Shown here: piece after piece, positions 33,701 to 48,527 of the stretch
Position numbering within the stretch: the stretch's first letter is position 1
Layout: each line of letters opens with the position of its first letter
Assembly (NCBI GenBank): GCA_003344405.1
Contig: NOWV01000012.1
Span: 124,001 to 188,000, forward strand
Direction: 5' to 3'
Length of the DNA stretch: 64,000 bases
DNA from: Trichoplax sp. H2
Taxonomy: Eukaryota
Position numbers and translations under genes: made by a program
Notes under the pieces: generated by a model
Seen by the model: only the letters and a program-made list of their open reading frames with translations
The model's database searches: none
What the model was told of the DNA's origin: nothing

Positions 33701-36103
33701 TTCAAGCGAGAAATCCATCAAGAAATAATCATATGAAAAACCTTCGGCAATAAATCTATACTAAAGCGCCTCCATAGATCTTTTAAATCTTGATACGTAA
33801 ATTCTTTTGCTGTCCTATCTCTAATTGCTTGGTTTGAACCGACTTGATCAGCTACGCCAGAGGACGGAGCTTGTAATTGGGGTGATTTAGAATTTTCACT
33901 CTTATCTGCGTCATGTTGATTTGGTGTCTTTTCAACATCTTCTACGATACAAAAGGAATAATAAATTATGTATATTAATCTATACTAAGGGGTATCTATA
34001 GTTCTTTTAAATATTTGACAAGCAAATTCTTTGACTGTTTATGTCTAATTGCTCGACTCTGAATCGACTTGAGCTGCTGTACCTGAAGATGGATCTTGGG
34101 ATTGCGGCGATTCAGAACTTTCATCGTTATCAGCATCACGCTGACTTTGGGCCATTTCAATTTCTTCTATATTATGTATTTCATCACCGTCAGTACTCCT
34201 ATCATCTTTCATTATCTCTGGAGCTTTATCACAGTAGCATTCCACTTCAAGATTTAATGTAGTTAATACATCATTGGATAATAGTAGGCGTTTCTGATTT
34301 GTATCGGTATCCTGAATATATGGCGGTAGCTTTTTACCAGACTTTAAATTCTATCAATGTGATTATAACGTATCGAATTTTATTTCGATAATACTATAAG
34401 AAGTATTTGATATCGAATTCTTGTACTATAGCTACTAGGTTATACCCTTGCTTTTTCAATCCATGCTAACAACTTATCAAACGTAAATGCAGCCCACTGT
34501 CCGCCATAGTAATCGTTCCTAATCGTGAAATAAATAATTAATATAGTATGTTGGCTGTTTCTGAAAGATGTAAACGCCTACGTAGGTGATTCTAACAAGA
34601 TAATTTTAAAAGTAAAAGAGTAAGGAAGTTACTTCGTGCAGTTGTATGTACAGGATAATACAGTATAAGTAATATATTCTGGCAGTGTTTATGAATCATT
34701 AAAATATATCTTACACCTAATTATTTAAGTCATTGTAAGTATTGGCTATAGTAGTGCTTAAAGAACTAGTTATATTCAGCCTCTAGTCATTCAATTTCCG
34801 AATTATTTTATATTATATTAGTGACTGTTCTTGCTATGCCTATGAGCACGCTCATATACTGTACAAGCAAAATTTTAACAGAAGATAATACTTTGATGAG
34901 ATCTATGAGTATTAGTATCGAATTTTGAATGCAGTACAAATCGCCAAAACTTGTTTCGTTGGGTAAAAACATAAATACACAAATCTCTAACTTTCGATGC
35001 ATACGTAGTTAATTGCACAGTTGTACAATGGTATAAAAAGAATAATACATATCTAAAATAATAATTATTATATATTAATTACAGCTGTTATCTATGTGAG
35101 TATTTCTTAATCAATTTGCGAATATTAAGCATCTTTATACAATCATTATGTTTATTATTAAAGTATAATAATAATTATTATAGAGTCTTACTTATCGACA
35201 TGAAGTACTTTTTTACCAATTCGGGTTAAAGCTGCAGCAGTAATTGCTTCGCTTAATCCTAGTTAATAACCAAATATAGAATTAGTATTGAAAGGTCTTA
35301 CCTTCAAGGTTAGAATATGGTATTACAAACATGTAGCTCAGATTGATCACCAAAACTTATTTGTACATTCAAATGATTTCAAGATGCAAACACGACGATG
35401 ATTTGTGTAGATTATCATCCGTGAATGTGTTTAGTACGGTACAGGAAGTCAGCTTACCTATGGATAAATTCGATTTACAATGAATAGCAATTACTATCAC
35501 CTAAATTTCGAACTACAGTGTAAGGTTGGGTGATACTATTAATCCATGATTGGCCGCTGCATTATAATTGTATGAAGATATCATGCAATTATTAATCTAC
35601 TGTTGCTCCATAGAATGAGTTATCCGTATTACAGGTATACTGTACTGGTATAGTAGTAAGAAAACCTATTGGTCAATCAATCAATCGATCAATTGGATAT
35701 TTTATCAAAATTGAGAAGTGACATGCTGTAAATTCTTTTCTATACTGTTTGCTGTCTCAATCCCCATGGACTAGTACGTTTACTGTAGGTAGAACACATT
35801 CACCGCGAACGATTGTAGATGATTAACATCATAAGCTTCCTAGGGTTATCGATTGTTATGATTAATGTTATTGTAGTATTATTTATTATATGGGTTCTCT
35901 CTTCTTTAGTGATTCTTGACGCCATGAATGAAATACGAAAGGTCAACTAGTTGGATATCATATCGTTCCGTATAAAATATATAGTTTGGCTTTATCATTT
36001 CAAGAAATCAATCAGTTCAATACTGAATATCTAGGCTAAAAATGTTACTTTTACCTGTGCCTATAACGATTACGTCAAATTCGGTAGGTAGATCATCGGC
36101 CAT
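30797..36103 (-). CDS. CHM: Rab escort protein (Rab geranylgeranyltransferase component A)
   Basis: [48 protein letters not shown], acidic REP-specific insert, [64 protein letters not shown]-terminal [17 protein letters not shown]. Confidence 0.93.
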
Positions 36104-36180
36104 TGTGTCTGCTACTCGCAATGGTACGAATGAAATGATGTCACAACTGCGGTTGTGCTCACCACTTGATTTCATAGGAA

Positions 36181-36417
36181 TACTATACAGTCCAGTACAC
36201 ACAGTGTACAGTGTACAATGCACGGTACATTGTACGGTACATATACTGGATATGTACTGTACAGTATGATACCGTACAGTGTACAGTGTACAGTACAGCA
36301 CAACAGATCTCTGCAAACGATGTTGAAATGTACTGTACTGTACTTTACCGTACTGTACTGTAAGCAAAGGACTGTACTAGTACTGTACTGTACAGTCCTA
36401 CTGCGAGTACCGTACTG
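36181..36417. promoter_or_regulatory. TACAG/CTGTA tract in the divergent CHM-NUP98 promoter
   Basis: Fills much of the 522 bp between the two start codons. Confidence 0.65.
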
Positions 36418-36625
36418 CGCGAAGTTAGGGCCAAAACGCTGAAATCAGACTGCCTACTAAGCATTTCAAATATAACTTTCCTGCTGGCACATTGGTGCAC
36501 TGGCGGCAAAATGAAGCTATAAAATTGAAGTCCTTGTGCTGTGATAACGAAAAACTGTGTGATTTAACAGTTGACTTGGTTTGAAAAAGCCGTTGGAAAA
36601 GAATTCTAAAATCTTATTAACAGCT

Positions 36626-39600
36626 ATGTTCGGATCAACAAATGCAAGTACTCCCTTTGGCGGTAATCAAAGCGGATTTACTGCTACCTCTGGTAAATAA
36701 CTATACTACATATCGTTCACTTCTAGTTTAGAAGCTATTGTATGTGTACCGATGTACTGTATTGGAGTATGATACACTGTACTATATTTGCGTTGGAGCG
36801 AAATTCGCTATGAAATTCTTGAATAACTTTTGCCGAAAACGATAAATTACCAATAAAAATCCACTTGATAATTAATATAGGATCAGTGACCAACTCAAAG
36901 TATGACTTGTATACAATATTGACTCATAATAGCTGTCTTCTAGTTGATTTTCATACCAATCATAATGTACACTAGTAAACTGACTTCAGTGACTGAGAGA
37001 TCCATGACCCAAGCATTCTCGCGTTAACCGAACTCAATCCCACAAGTAAAGATAAAATCAACATTCTGCTTGAAAATGACAATATAATTGAGCATTGATC
37101 GATATATCATTATGATTTTGAAGTGCAGCTGACTTAAAAGTCCTCAATTTTTGTAAGACAGCTATCGATTCATCCATCATACACTACCGTAAACCGTCAG
37201 GTAAAGTGAATATGCGCAGCTACTTATTAATTTGAAAATGACTTACCGACTGATGCAAATTGTGGCTACAGCTGTTTTTCACTTGCTGATACTGTTATAC
37301 TCTATAGTACTCGGCTTTTAATAGACAAAAAATACGTAGAACAATCTATAAAGTGTACGGATGCCATTCCTAGTCCTTTTCTCATTCTCTTAATGATGAA
37401 ATAGATCAATATCCTATATAAGTCTACACCTGAACTAAAAATAATCATGTTATTCTTGCTTTTTATAGGTGGTCTATTTGGTCAGTCAAGTACTAATACA
37501 TTTGGTGCGTAACTAAGACATCACCTACTAGTCGGATAAAATTAATTGCCCTACAATAGTGAAAAACCTACTGAGTAAGAGGTTGCAAACGGTCTTAGCA
37601 GTTGCACTGATATCAACCTGATTTCATCTAATATTGATTATAAAATAATGAACTGAAGCGCGTACTACTGTAGTATTTGGCGATAATCAACAGTAACTTC
37701 ATGCTAGAAAAATTTGACCCAGTTTCTTACCATTCCTTAAAACTGAGCGTCATATTTACGACTTAGCGCACTACAAAAGTGATAATGCCATCTATTACAT
37801 TTCACCTTTTATCGGAGTAGTACAAAGGGAAGGGATACTAGCATCGAGTTTACATCTGTGAACGCTTCTCCCAATCGGCTCCTTTTTGTCCGAATAATGG
37901 ACCATACCAGATTTGATTTACTCAAATAATATTTACTATGCAATTAAGCTGTAGTAACTGTTACATCTACTTTTTGGTATGCCTGATTACTTTCTAAATT
38001 AAATTATGATCTTGGATATTAAATGTAATATACACAAGTTACTATTCAATAATCTCGTCAGACTAGATCAGATAGTCTACATACAGTATAGACGCGTATA
38101 CATTATATATATGTACTTTTCAGCTATAATAGTTAATCTTGGTATACACAGTATTGTATGATGGTTAAGCTATTAGGATTATTAAATAACTACTACCGTA
38201 ATAGTCTAGAAGATAGTTATTGCTTTACAGTTAATCAGAATAACAGTCTTTTAAATGGTATTATCTAGCTTAAAATCTCCTCGAGGATGAGGACAATGAT
38301 GGTATAGCACAACTTTTATTCTGTTATTTCCGTATGGTAAATAATTAAGTTTCAGATCATCACTGTATATTCTGTGATTGGAAATTTGGAATACTAGATT
38401 TTAGCTTCATAGTTAAATAAATTCCATCAGTCTAAAAGGTCTGAATGATTGTTTTCAAGAATACAAATGATTGGAGTTCAGATTACTGTATACGGTAGCA
38501 GGCTTACCAACAGTGTAGTGTATAGCAGGTTGCAAGCCTCGGACCTGACGGTGTAATGTGTGCAAATTACCTATTTAAGGCACAGCTGGGCGTGTGAGTT
38601 CGGCATTTTGGTTCAATACAATCATTAAATTAAGGTCGATCCTGACCAACTATACAGTACACTTCTTACTGCTATGGAAGTGTTATTGAAAATACTGTAC
38701 TGCGAAAGCTAGTAGCTGTTGCTTATTTCATATTGACTGGATTACTTAAGATTTATGCCTTGATTTGAACAGGCTCTGGTAGCACTGGTTTTGGTACTTC
38801 TACAACAAGTGGCTTTGGCAATACTGGTGGTGGATTTGGCACACAATCGAAGTCGTTGTTTGGTAATACGGCTACTACGAGTGCAAGTGGAGGACTGTTT
38901 GGTACATCTGGTAATCAAGTAAATCCTAGTACCAGTTTCGGTGGTAGTGGATTTGGTGGATTTGGTAACATGACGAATACTAGCAACTCCGGTAGCAATT
39001 TCTTCTCAAATACTAATACAAATACATCAAAATCTAGCAATTTATTCGGAAACAATACGAATAATACATTTGGAGGTTAGAAATTGCAATTATGTCAACT
39101 TTATGATAAACGACCTATGGCTTTAATGAGATATCGTTGCTTTTATGGACGCAATATCAGCAATATATTTAAATCTGCTAAAGTAATTATGTTACATTAA
39201 TAGTATTCATTATCCACTGGCTGAATTGACATGATAATTCTATTAAGTCTAGATACATCATTACTATAATTACAAATCATTGTCCGATCTAAAAATCTCG
39301 ATGGAGCCACGAATAAGGCGCATTTGCTTTAATTTGATGTTTCGCACCTTGCTATGTAATCATCTGTACACGCAAAATACCCTATTAGCATCTTTCCTAA
39401 AGTACAATAAACGCGTATATCTGGAGTTACAGACTTACAGTGATCACTCGCAATGGGTGATGTAGTCAATTTTGAGCGTTTAAGAATAAATAATGGATGG
39501 TTTGTCATGACGTCATTGCCACCCATATAGCTTAAATACTTTAATACTGCACCATAGCATAGTTTAATGCAGGACGCAGGCAACCGACCTTGAAACTTTA

Positions 39601-42600
39601 AATTACACTCTTTAAAGACATGACTATTTTTTAGGTACCGCCATTAGATCTTTTCGGATAGAACGAATGTGGATACGCACGTAGTACTTTAAGTTAAATT
39701 ATAACTACAGTACATTAGAGTAATTAAGTTGCGTAACAGAAATGTAAATACTGTACAATAATGCTATGTAATTGGATATTTTTAAAATGTTGAAAACTGT
39801 GTTTATAATAAATGGTTATTATATGTAGAATAGAATAGAGCAATGAAAGAAACTTCACTTCCGACGATCCATAATGTAGTGATATACTCGTAGTTCTTCG
39901 AAAAATCTATGATATGTGGATTTCTCATAAAGCAAAGTAATCCTTTTAACTCTCTTCCAGGATTCGGTAATATGTCTCAGGCTCAAACAGGATCCACAAT
40001 CAAATATAATGTAATTTTAAGTTGCGCTTTTATCTTATTCTCATAATTTTCTTTGACGAAAATTAAAAATTACATTTTATTCTATGTCAAATTATTGCCT
40101 CGATAATTTTGTTATAATTAATTATTACACGTTGTATGTGGCGCTATTACGATCAGCCTCCATCTGCTACGGATACAGTTACACGAAATGGACGTACTGA
40201 AAATGTATCTGCAAGAATCCAATGTATTTCTGCTATGAATGAATACATCAAAAAAAGCCCAGAGGTAAGTTTGTCTGAAGGCATTTCTCATCATTACATA
40301 GAAGGCTTCTGATAAGAGTAGTCATCTGTAAGTGTAGTACAGGATTACGGTATCCTGAATTGACAACCCTTAACGTCTGGCTGTCCATCTCTTTCAATAC
40401 TATCATAATGTCCTTCTCTCAGGAATTGAGATACGAAGATTACATGCAAAATCGTAAGGGTCCATCATCAGGATCCTTTACTGGTGGAGGCATCAAAAAT
40501 TTTGGAAATACAAGCACTAGCACTAGCGGTTTCGGAGGTAGTTCAGGCTTTGGTCAAGGTAAAGTCTTCATATTAATATTTTGAGTTAATGTTATCAAAT
40601 ATCTCAAAGTAAATTTATATAATTTACATCCTTGTAGGCACTACTAGTGTTTTTGGCCAGACACCAACTAGTTCGGTTAACACTGGATCCCTTTTCGGGC
40701 AATCACAACAAACTGGATTCGGTCAAAATGCCAAAAATAATTTTTTTAACAACACATCAACGTCTACGTCTAACGCTTTCGGCGGTGTTAGTCAATCACA
40801 AGGTTTCGGACAGGTAATATGAGAATAAAATATATTATTTAATACTAATAATTTAATATTTGAAACCTTTAAATTTTTTTAAAACATGAAGAATTCATCA
40901 CTCTCTTTTGGTCAGTCAAATCAGCAAAAGCCCCTATTTGGAAATTTATCGTCTAGCAATCCTGCCAGTTTCGGAACCAATACTTCTACCTTCGGTCAAA
41001 GTCAATCTTTTGGTCAAAGCTTCGGTCAACCGAATACAAGCACTAACTTATTTGGAAATAATAATAAACCTAGTAAGTTGAGATGTCTTTAGCATATGAA
41101 CATTAATTTGAAGATTATAACCTAATTATTTCATGTCAAGCTTTTGGGCAAACCAGTACTGCTCCTACCAGCTTCTCTTCTGGCTTTGGATTTCCTTCTA
41201 ATAATACTACTAATACTACCAGTTCTGCGCCTTCGACTGGGCTTTTTGGAACAAACACGTTTGGAACATCTAGCACCAGTTAGTTAATGAAGAATGTAAT
41301 ATATTTTATTAAATATTACGATTAATGGCTTACTATTGCTCAATGTTTTCTTTTTAGACACAGGATTCAATGCTAGTAATTCGCTTTTCGGAAATAAGGG
41401 TGGATTCGGGACAGGTTTTGGAAACACCAGCAATTCTGCTTTTTCAAGCACGGCCAATAAAGGCTCTCTGCCTAATTCAAGTCAATCGTTTAACCTCAAA
41501 CCTGGATCAAATACTTCCTTTGGAACAGGAGGTACTAATTTTAACCTTGGCTTTGGTAGTGCGCAGCCACAACTTCAACTCATCGCTGGTAACTCGATGA
41601 TTGGTCTTAACAAGTATGTTCAACGTTATAATAAGTGTATTAACCATTGGCATTATTATGATACGCAATGCATCTCACCCTATCAATATCTGAATGACTA
41701 ACTATTATATAGTCCTCATTCTGCTGGAATCAACAATAACGCAATGATGTTGCAAGGTCAAATCAAGGCAATGATAAATTCGCCCTACGGTGATACACCG
41801 TTATTTCGCAATGCCGTTAGGGTAAATTAATTATTAGCTTACTATAAAGTTAACGTTTGCAGGTGCAGTTACTGAATTAAGTAATAATTAATTTTTATTG
41901 TTAGGATTCCCGCCATGACTATACCAACAGCATTGTTTCTACAGAATCTGTTCTTAATAATTCTAGTTATGCATACAGCAAATACAGGGTATAATTTTAT
42001 TAATCACTCTGTCTTAGATAGACTTAATATATCCTCAATTATATAATATTCGTTTATTTCCTCTGAATAATAATGTAATTTATTTTATTATTTCCTTAAA
42101 AGGTATCTTCACGATTAGGAGGGAAGATCAGACTTAGCCGACCAAAAAAATTTGATCAGGTACATCTGTCACTACTTTGAATGCAGCTCTTAGACATGGA
42201 CTATATATATATAATACTAATTAATTTCGTAAACACACTATGAAATGAAATCTGCTATGGTTGCTACCTGATCAAAGCTATCTGACGATCTCAACGATGA
42301 ATTACCGTCTGAGGTTACTTTAAAAGCTAAGAAAAATTGGAAAAAATTAACTCTTGTTGACACTCCCGATAAGAAGGTAAGGTCATTCATTCATTTGAGA
42401 AAAAACTAGTTCCCTATTGTATACTTTTTAATACGTTATCCACCCTAGGATAACAAGAACAATTCAGAAACTAAAAGTACCACTGCAGTAAATTACTTGG
42501 AGTGGGAAAAGGGTTATAGTTATGCACGATTTGGATCAGATTCGCATGATAACCGTTCAGAAACTTCCATTCCGTCTCAACCTCCAGAAAGTAGCCCGAA

Positions 42601-45600
42601 AATTTTAGTCAACAACTGCAACACTGGTGACGACGTTAATGACGTATTTCCTTCTGAGGCAGATAACACTAGGTAAATGTTAGAAACAACCAACCTTCTA
42701 CGTTTTTTAATATTCTATGCACGATAATAAATGGATTGTACTACCTAAATGGCTTGATATATTCTTAGTGCATCTTTAGTATTACCACAATCAAAGTTGG
42801 ATGAAAACAGTATCATTACTAAACCAATGCCTGTTAGACCAAAGGACCCGTAAGTATTGAAATTATGTGATTATTAATTTGTCTAGTTTTTGATGCGTGT
42901 ATAAGCTTAAAGGTTTTTTTCATTACATTTTTTTTGATTTGTTCGATTGTAATTCTTAATAGTCAAGTTTTCGCGTCTACTCCGGCTGTTGAACAATTCC
43001 TAAATAAGGGACCTGATCAGGATCTATCCAATTTTACTCCTGAAGGGAATGATGCTACTCCTAAAACGTAACTATATTTTATTAGTTGTTACCCTGCCAC
43101 GATTAACCACCTTGTAGATGTATGTAAGATGTGTTCATCTATTGCAATTTAACACTAATTGACTAATTTTAATCTATAAGCAATGGTTCTAGGCATATTT
43201 CGGAAGCTACCTTGGTTCAATTATCTAAAGAAGGATACTACACAATACCTCATATAGATGAGATTAATGAAATTGCAAGGACTAAGGAACGAGTTATATT
43301 GCCTACCTTCACCGTAGGACGCGAAGGTTTTGGAAGTGTATACTACGATACTCCAACAGATGTTACTGGTTTGGATCTGGATGATATCGGTATTTCTAGA
43401 ATCGATTTAGGTTATGTACAATAGAAGTATTGATGGAGAAACTTATTATCTAATAAACTATCGTTACCCCGTAGTTGAATTCCGCTTTCAAGAAGTTTCT
43501 ATCTATCCGGATGAAAGTTTAAAACCTCCAAACGGCACTCGCCTTAATAAGCCAGCAATTGTAACACTGCTAGCGGTTTGGCCAGGAGATAAGAAAAATC
43601 GTGATCCTATAATAGATCCGAAAAGGCTACAATTAATGGGATACGCTAAGAGGTTACGTAGGATAACATCAAGAATGGGAGCAACATTTATCGATTACAA
43701 GCCTGATAATGGAGCTTGGCAGTTCCGGGTATGAAATTCACTGGCAATAACAATTAATTATTGAGAATTAGACCTAATTCTCTTTTAATTATGTCTACTT
43801 TGTAATAGGTTGAACATTTTTCGAAGTATGGTCTCAAAACGGACGAAGATGAAGATTCTTCTCCTTCACAAAACTCAAATACGCAGAAGACACAGCATCT
43901 AAAAACAGTACTTTCATATTACAATCTAATTATAAAATACTTAAATACCGTTATTTTTAAAACATGATTTCTATAATGTAGTTTTACATGTACCTTGAAC
44001 GTTGTTACTGTAGAACAACTCATACTGGTTTTGATATGATGTTTTAAATAATTGGCTGATTTGGATGAACTTGCTTGATAAAAGCAGTTATCGTACTACT
44101 ACATAACAAACTAGATGTAATACCCGTGATTGTAATGACTATTGTGCATAGCTAATAAATAAATTAATCTTCTTCCGTTTTAGCAAAAACTCTTGGAAGC
44201 GGAGCATCGGAAGTTATGGTCCACAGCTGACACCGATGAAGACAGCCCTATGGAAATTAACGATGATGAAGCTATGTCAGATAGTGAAGAATTGAATTCT
44301 AATAATGATCTCGATAGCATTGACAGCCAAAGTACACGAAATCAGGTAAATGAGAGTAAATGAGATTTTAAGTACATTTTTCATTTAATTAATGATGCAT
44401 CCATAACTCTCAAGTGCAGTGTCTTTTTCTCACGATTAACGCTTTTCTTTCTGTTCCTTTTAAATAATATATAATCAATAGGACGAAGACGCTGTTTACT
44501 CAAATTTAACGCTAGATACCAGACGTATACAAGTAATGAAAGCTTCTTTTTTCCGCGAAAACGTAGAGGAGAATAAAGATGATTATAAAGGACAACCGGT
44601 TTCTGGCAAGCGTATCAAATCTTCAGCTACCGATAACGTTGACTTACTTCGTATTAAGCGCTTTCATAAAGGTGATTTCCTTTGCATTTTACCTAGACAT
44701 TTATAAACATACGTAGCTTTTGCAGGTATTGATATTTGCGAAGCATTTTGCAAAATTAGTAACAGTATTGTACTTTTTGTTAGCAGTCTCTTCAAAATCC
44801 ACTACTATGCCAATTAGTGGATCAAATGAATTAGTGCTGACGCCTAGAAAATCTATGATTAGAGTTGGTAACAATGCAACCAATCTTCTTGGTGTATCGT
44901 CTGTAGAAAAATCTGCAACCTTAGGTATCGACGATTACAATGTATATAGAAATTATCATCAACACTGTTTCTACAAAGTAATTCTTTGATTCTCATTGAT
45001 GCTGTTTTTGTACCCTCTATTACCAAAGATGAAGGCAATAACCGAACCAATATTGCCTCAACAGTGCTTTCTCGGTCAAGAATTGAAGCTGCTCAAGAAT
45101 TTGATCAAGATAACGCCGAGAAACGATTATTATTGCTTCCAGTTAATCAACCAAAGTTAATTTCACATAATGAATCAGTTGCTCACGGAAAGGGCCATTG
45201 CGTTATTGATGCTGCTTTGTTCCACGGACGTTCTTTTCGTGTTGGATGGGGTCCGAATTGGATGTTTGCATCCATTAATTACTGTTCACAATCTGGCAAA
45301 GACAGCAGTGAAGTCCGTGAGAGCCAGCGTATGTCGGTCGGAGCAAAAGTCCCAAACTTTAGTGAAAATTCTTCGTTTTCTGTAAATATTAAGAAATTTG
45401 AAGACGAAAAACCAAAAGTATGACCAAAGTTTCCATGGAGTATAGTTTTGGAAAATATCTATGTTTTTAACAATGTACATAGTTACATACTATATATCCT
45501 AACATTTTGTGATTTCGTATCGATTTGTTAATAGGTTGCCGTTGATCGCTTAGATATTGAATTTAATCATAGTATTTGCAATTTGGAACATGGCTGTCTT

Positions 45601-48527
45601 CCGTTGTTTTCGCCATCCCGAGGTAAAGATGCGGCACATGAATATGCCCGTCAATCTGCCACGGTTGTTGCACAAGGTATCTGATCAAAAGAGGATTAGC
45701 TCCTTTTTGTTATATATGAATATGTGAACGCAGATTCCTTATCTTATCTATAGGTGCAGAAGATAAGCAGTTACAACACGCGTCTCAAGTATGGGACTTA
45801 GTAGTTGCCTTATGGGGATTCCCCTCGAAAGCCACCCCTGATGGGAATGAATCCAGCAGTGATGAAAGTGATACTGAGATGGGTAAGAAAGTATTTTTGC
45901 CCGCTGTTTTGCATAAGTTTTAATATTTATTCGATTTTACTTAACAGAAGCAAAGAATCTGAATTCGTACGAAGAACAAAATGAAAGAAGACATGCTCTT
46001 TCCAATTGGTTTAGGCGTTCAGTTATTAATTCAAATAGTACCAAAGCTACTGCTAATGTATGATATGCCTTCATTATTAAATTGAAAATTAGTGTTAGTG
46101 CTAATTATTATTTCACTATTTCATTATATTTAGTCACCTAATATCAGTATGATCTTCGATCACTTAACTACAAAATCCATCAATGAAGCATGTAATATCT
46201 GTCATGAAATTGGAGATTATCGTCTTGCTTTACTGATTTCGCAATTGTCTGGTTCAAGAAACGTTACTGCACTTGTGTCTCGACAGTTAGACGACTGGTA
46301 TAAAAATAAGGTAAATACTGTTCTACTCTTGGAATTAGTTTAGATTTAAGAGATTTACAAATTGCTGCATAGTTGATTTATTTATTGTCTTTCCTGCAGG
46401 CCGATCAATTTATCGACCATAATAGATTAAAGATCTACGCCTTACTTGCTGGTAAAAAGCTATGGGAGACGTCGAATAAAATAAGAATATGTCCGTGTGA
46501 GGATCTAAATTGGAAGAAGGCTATGGCTCTACATATGTGGTATAATTATTTTCATTCGATTCAAATTATAAGGTTGTGCTTGTTTTCTGAGCCGATTTCT
46601 TTTTATTACGTAGGTACATACTTCCAACCACCAAATCTATTAGAGACGTTATCTCAAATTATAAAGCCGCTTATCAAGTAAGTTGTTTGCATTTTTTAAA
46701 ATAAGCGTCAAAAATCTTATGATATCCATATCGGCTTCTAGGGAGGGAATGGCTATGAAAAATACGCGAATCCTCCATTACCATTTTACATGCAAGAAAA
46801 GTTAAAGACAGATGACAATCACAAATCCATTGAGGACCTGTGCTATCATCTATTATGTTTGTATTGTGACAGGTCTCATAAACTTCAGCAAATGCTTGCC
46901 AGCAATACATTTACTCCTTTCCAGTTAGATTGCAGCCTTAGGTAAGTTTTTATGCTGTTGATAAATTTTAATTGGGTTTACTCTTAGATCAATCTAACAT
47001 CTATTCCAGTTGGCACTTATATCAGTGTTTGGTATCGTTGGAATATCATCATCTATCAGCTAAATTTGTGGCCAATCTGCATACGAATTATGCAGCGCAG
47101 CTAGAATCGTGTGGAAATTGGCATTGGGCAGTATTTGTAATGTTATTTCTAAAAGATGATCAAAGGTCTGTATCTAATACTTTCTTAAACTTTTCAACGA
47201 CCTGAAACGTAAAATAATAATTTTAACGCCCTGGCAGACGAGAAAGAGCTGTCCGCGACCTACTGAACAGGCATTGTAAATTAACCACCGTCGATGTTGC
47301 AAAAGAGAAATTTATCGAAGACAAGTTGTTAATACCGCCAGCTTGGATCCATGAAGCGAAAGCACTTCGTGCTAAGTATAATGGACTTCTAAAGGAAGAG
47401 GCTTTTCATTTGCTAAAGGCGAAGCAGTGGCAAGCAGCCCATAATGTCATTATAAATGACTTAGCTGCAGATTGTATTCTGGAAGGTAATGTACAAGTTT
47501 GTTAGCTGATCTGCTGTTATAGACTCAGCTGTACAAAGGATGATTAAATTTAGGTGACACAAAGTATCTACGTAAAATCTTGGAAGAAATCCAAGCAGAG
47601 GGTGCTGACGGTTATATTGAAAACTGGATTAATGGAGGACAAGTAATTGCAAATTTTTATCACACCTAGTCTTTAATAGGTTATCAGCCGCGATAGTCTG
47701 TAACCTTGAACTTTAATCTTCGTTAGTTATATTTAGATTATATTTTACTAAAAGAAACTGTTAATACACTCAATCTTCAGGTTAGTACAGTAGTAAGCAG
47801 GTGAAGTTGGACTTTTGAAATTAGTATTCGTATACAACTACCTAACTGTAAACTTAGAGCATAAGTTCGATCTATATTTATATGCAGAAAAATGTACAGC
47901 AGCTGTTACGAGATTGTTCGGAGATACAATTGAAATTAAATTCGCTCAAACCCGAAAATAACAAACGAAAGTAAGTAGTATATTTCCTCATTCAAATTGA
48001 CTTGGCATTCAATTAAGCCTAATTTTACGCTATATTTCTATACTCTATTTTTGAAGAGCATGCAAATTTTTTATGTCCAGTCACGTTCTAAATATTATCA
48101 ATAAATACTCCATACGCCAGGTGAGGCATCTTTAGCTCGTAGCAATCATTTTATTGTTTAATTTATCTAACCTATTTCTTTAAATTCATTAAAGCTACGT
48201 ATTAATGAATTAAAGGCAGAAGTTACAGCACCTCCATTAGTCAAGGAAGGTAATTTCTGTTGCGACTCTGACATAGCTTATTTCAGAAATATCATGAAAT
48301 CTGTTGTAAGCAACTAGAGAATTTAAAAATTCTTAGCTGACGCCATTTATACAAATAAAACTTCTTTCTTGAGTGAATGGCGCAAGCTATGTGGACAATA
48401 TTGTAAATCAAATATAAAAAATAAATTGTGCAATCTAGTCATCACCTATAGTAAGATTGTCTTTTCTACGATGTACAGATCTTGCAGTGCAATCAATTTC
48501 AAATTTATTTATAGACCAGTCCTGTAA
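36626..48527 (+). CDS. NUP98: Nuclear pore complex protein Nup98-Nup96 precursor
   Basis: FG/GLFG repeats; GLEBS motif (CISAMNEYIKKSPE|ELRYEDYMQNRKG); SPYGDTPLF; autoprotease domain (GYYTIP...VGREGFGSV...RLNKPA...WQFR|VEHFSKYGL); Nup96 part (GRSFRVGWGP, DYRLALLISQ, YAAQLESCGNWHWAVFV). Last exon and stop are uncertain. Confidence 0.93.

Noticed and set aside
38230-38370. C/D-box snoRNA candidate on the - strand (GTGATGA...CTGA)
   Set aside because: Antisense to the host gene and only about 8 nt of apparent rRNA complementarity; not supportable without a covariance-model search.
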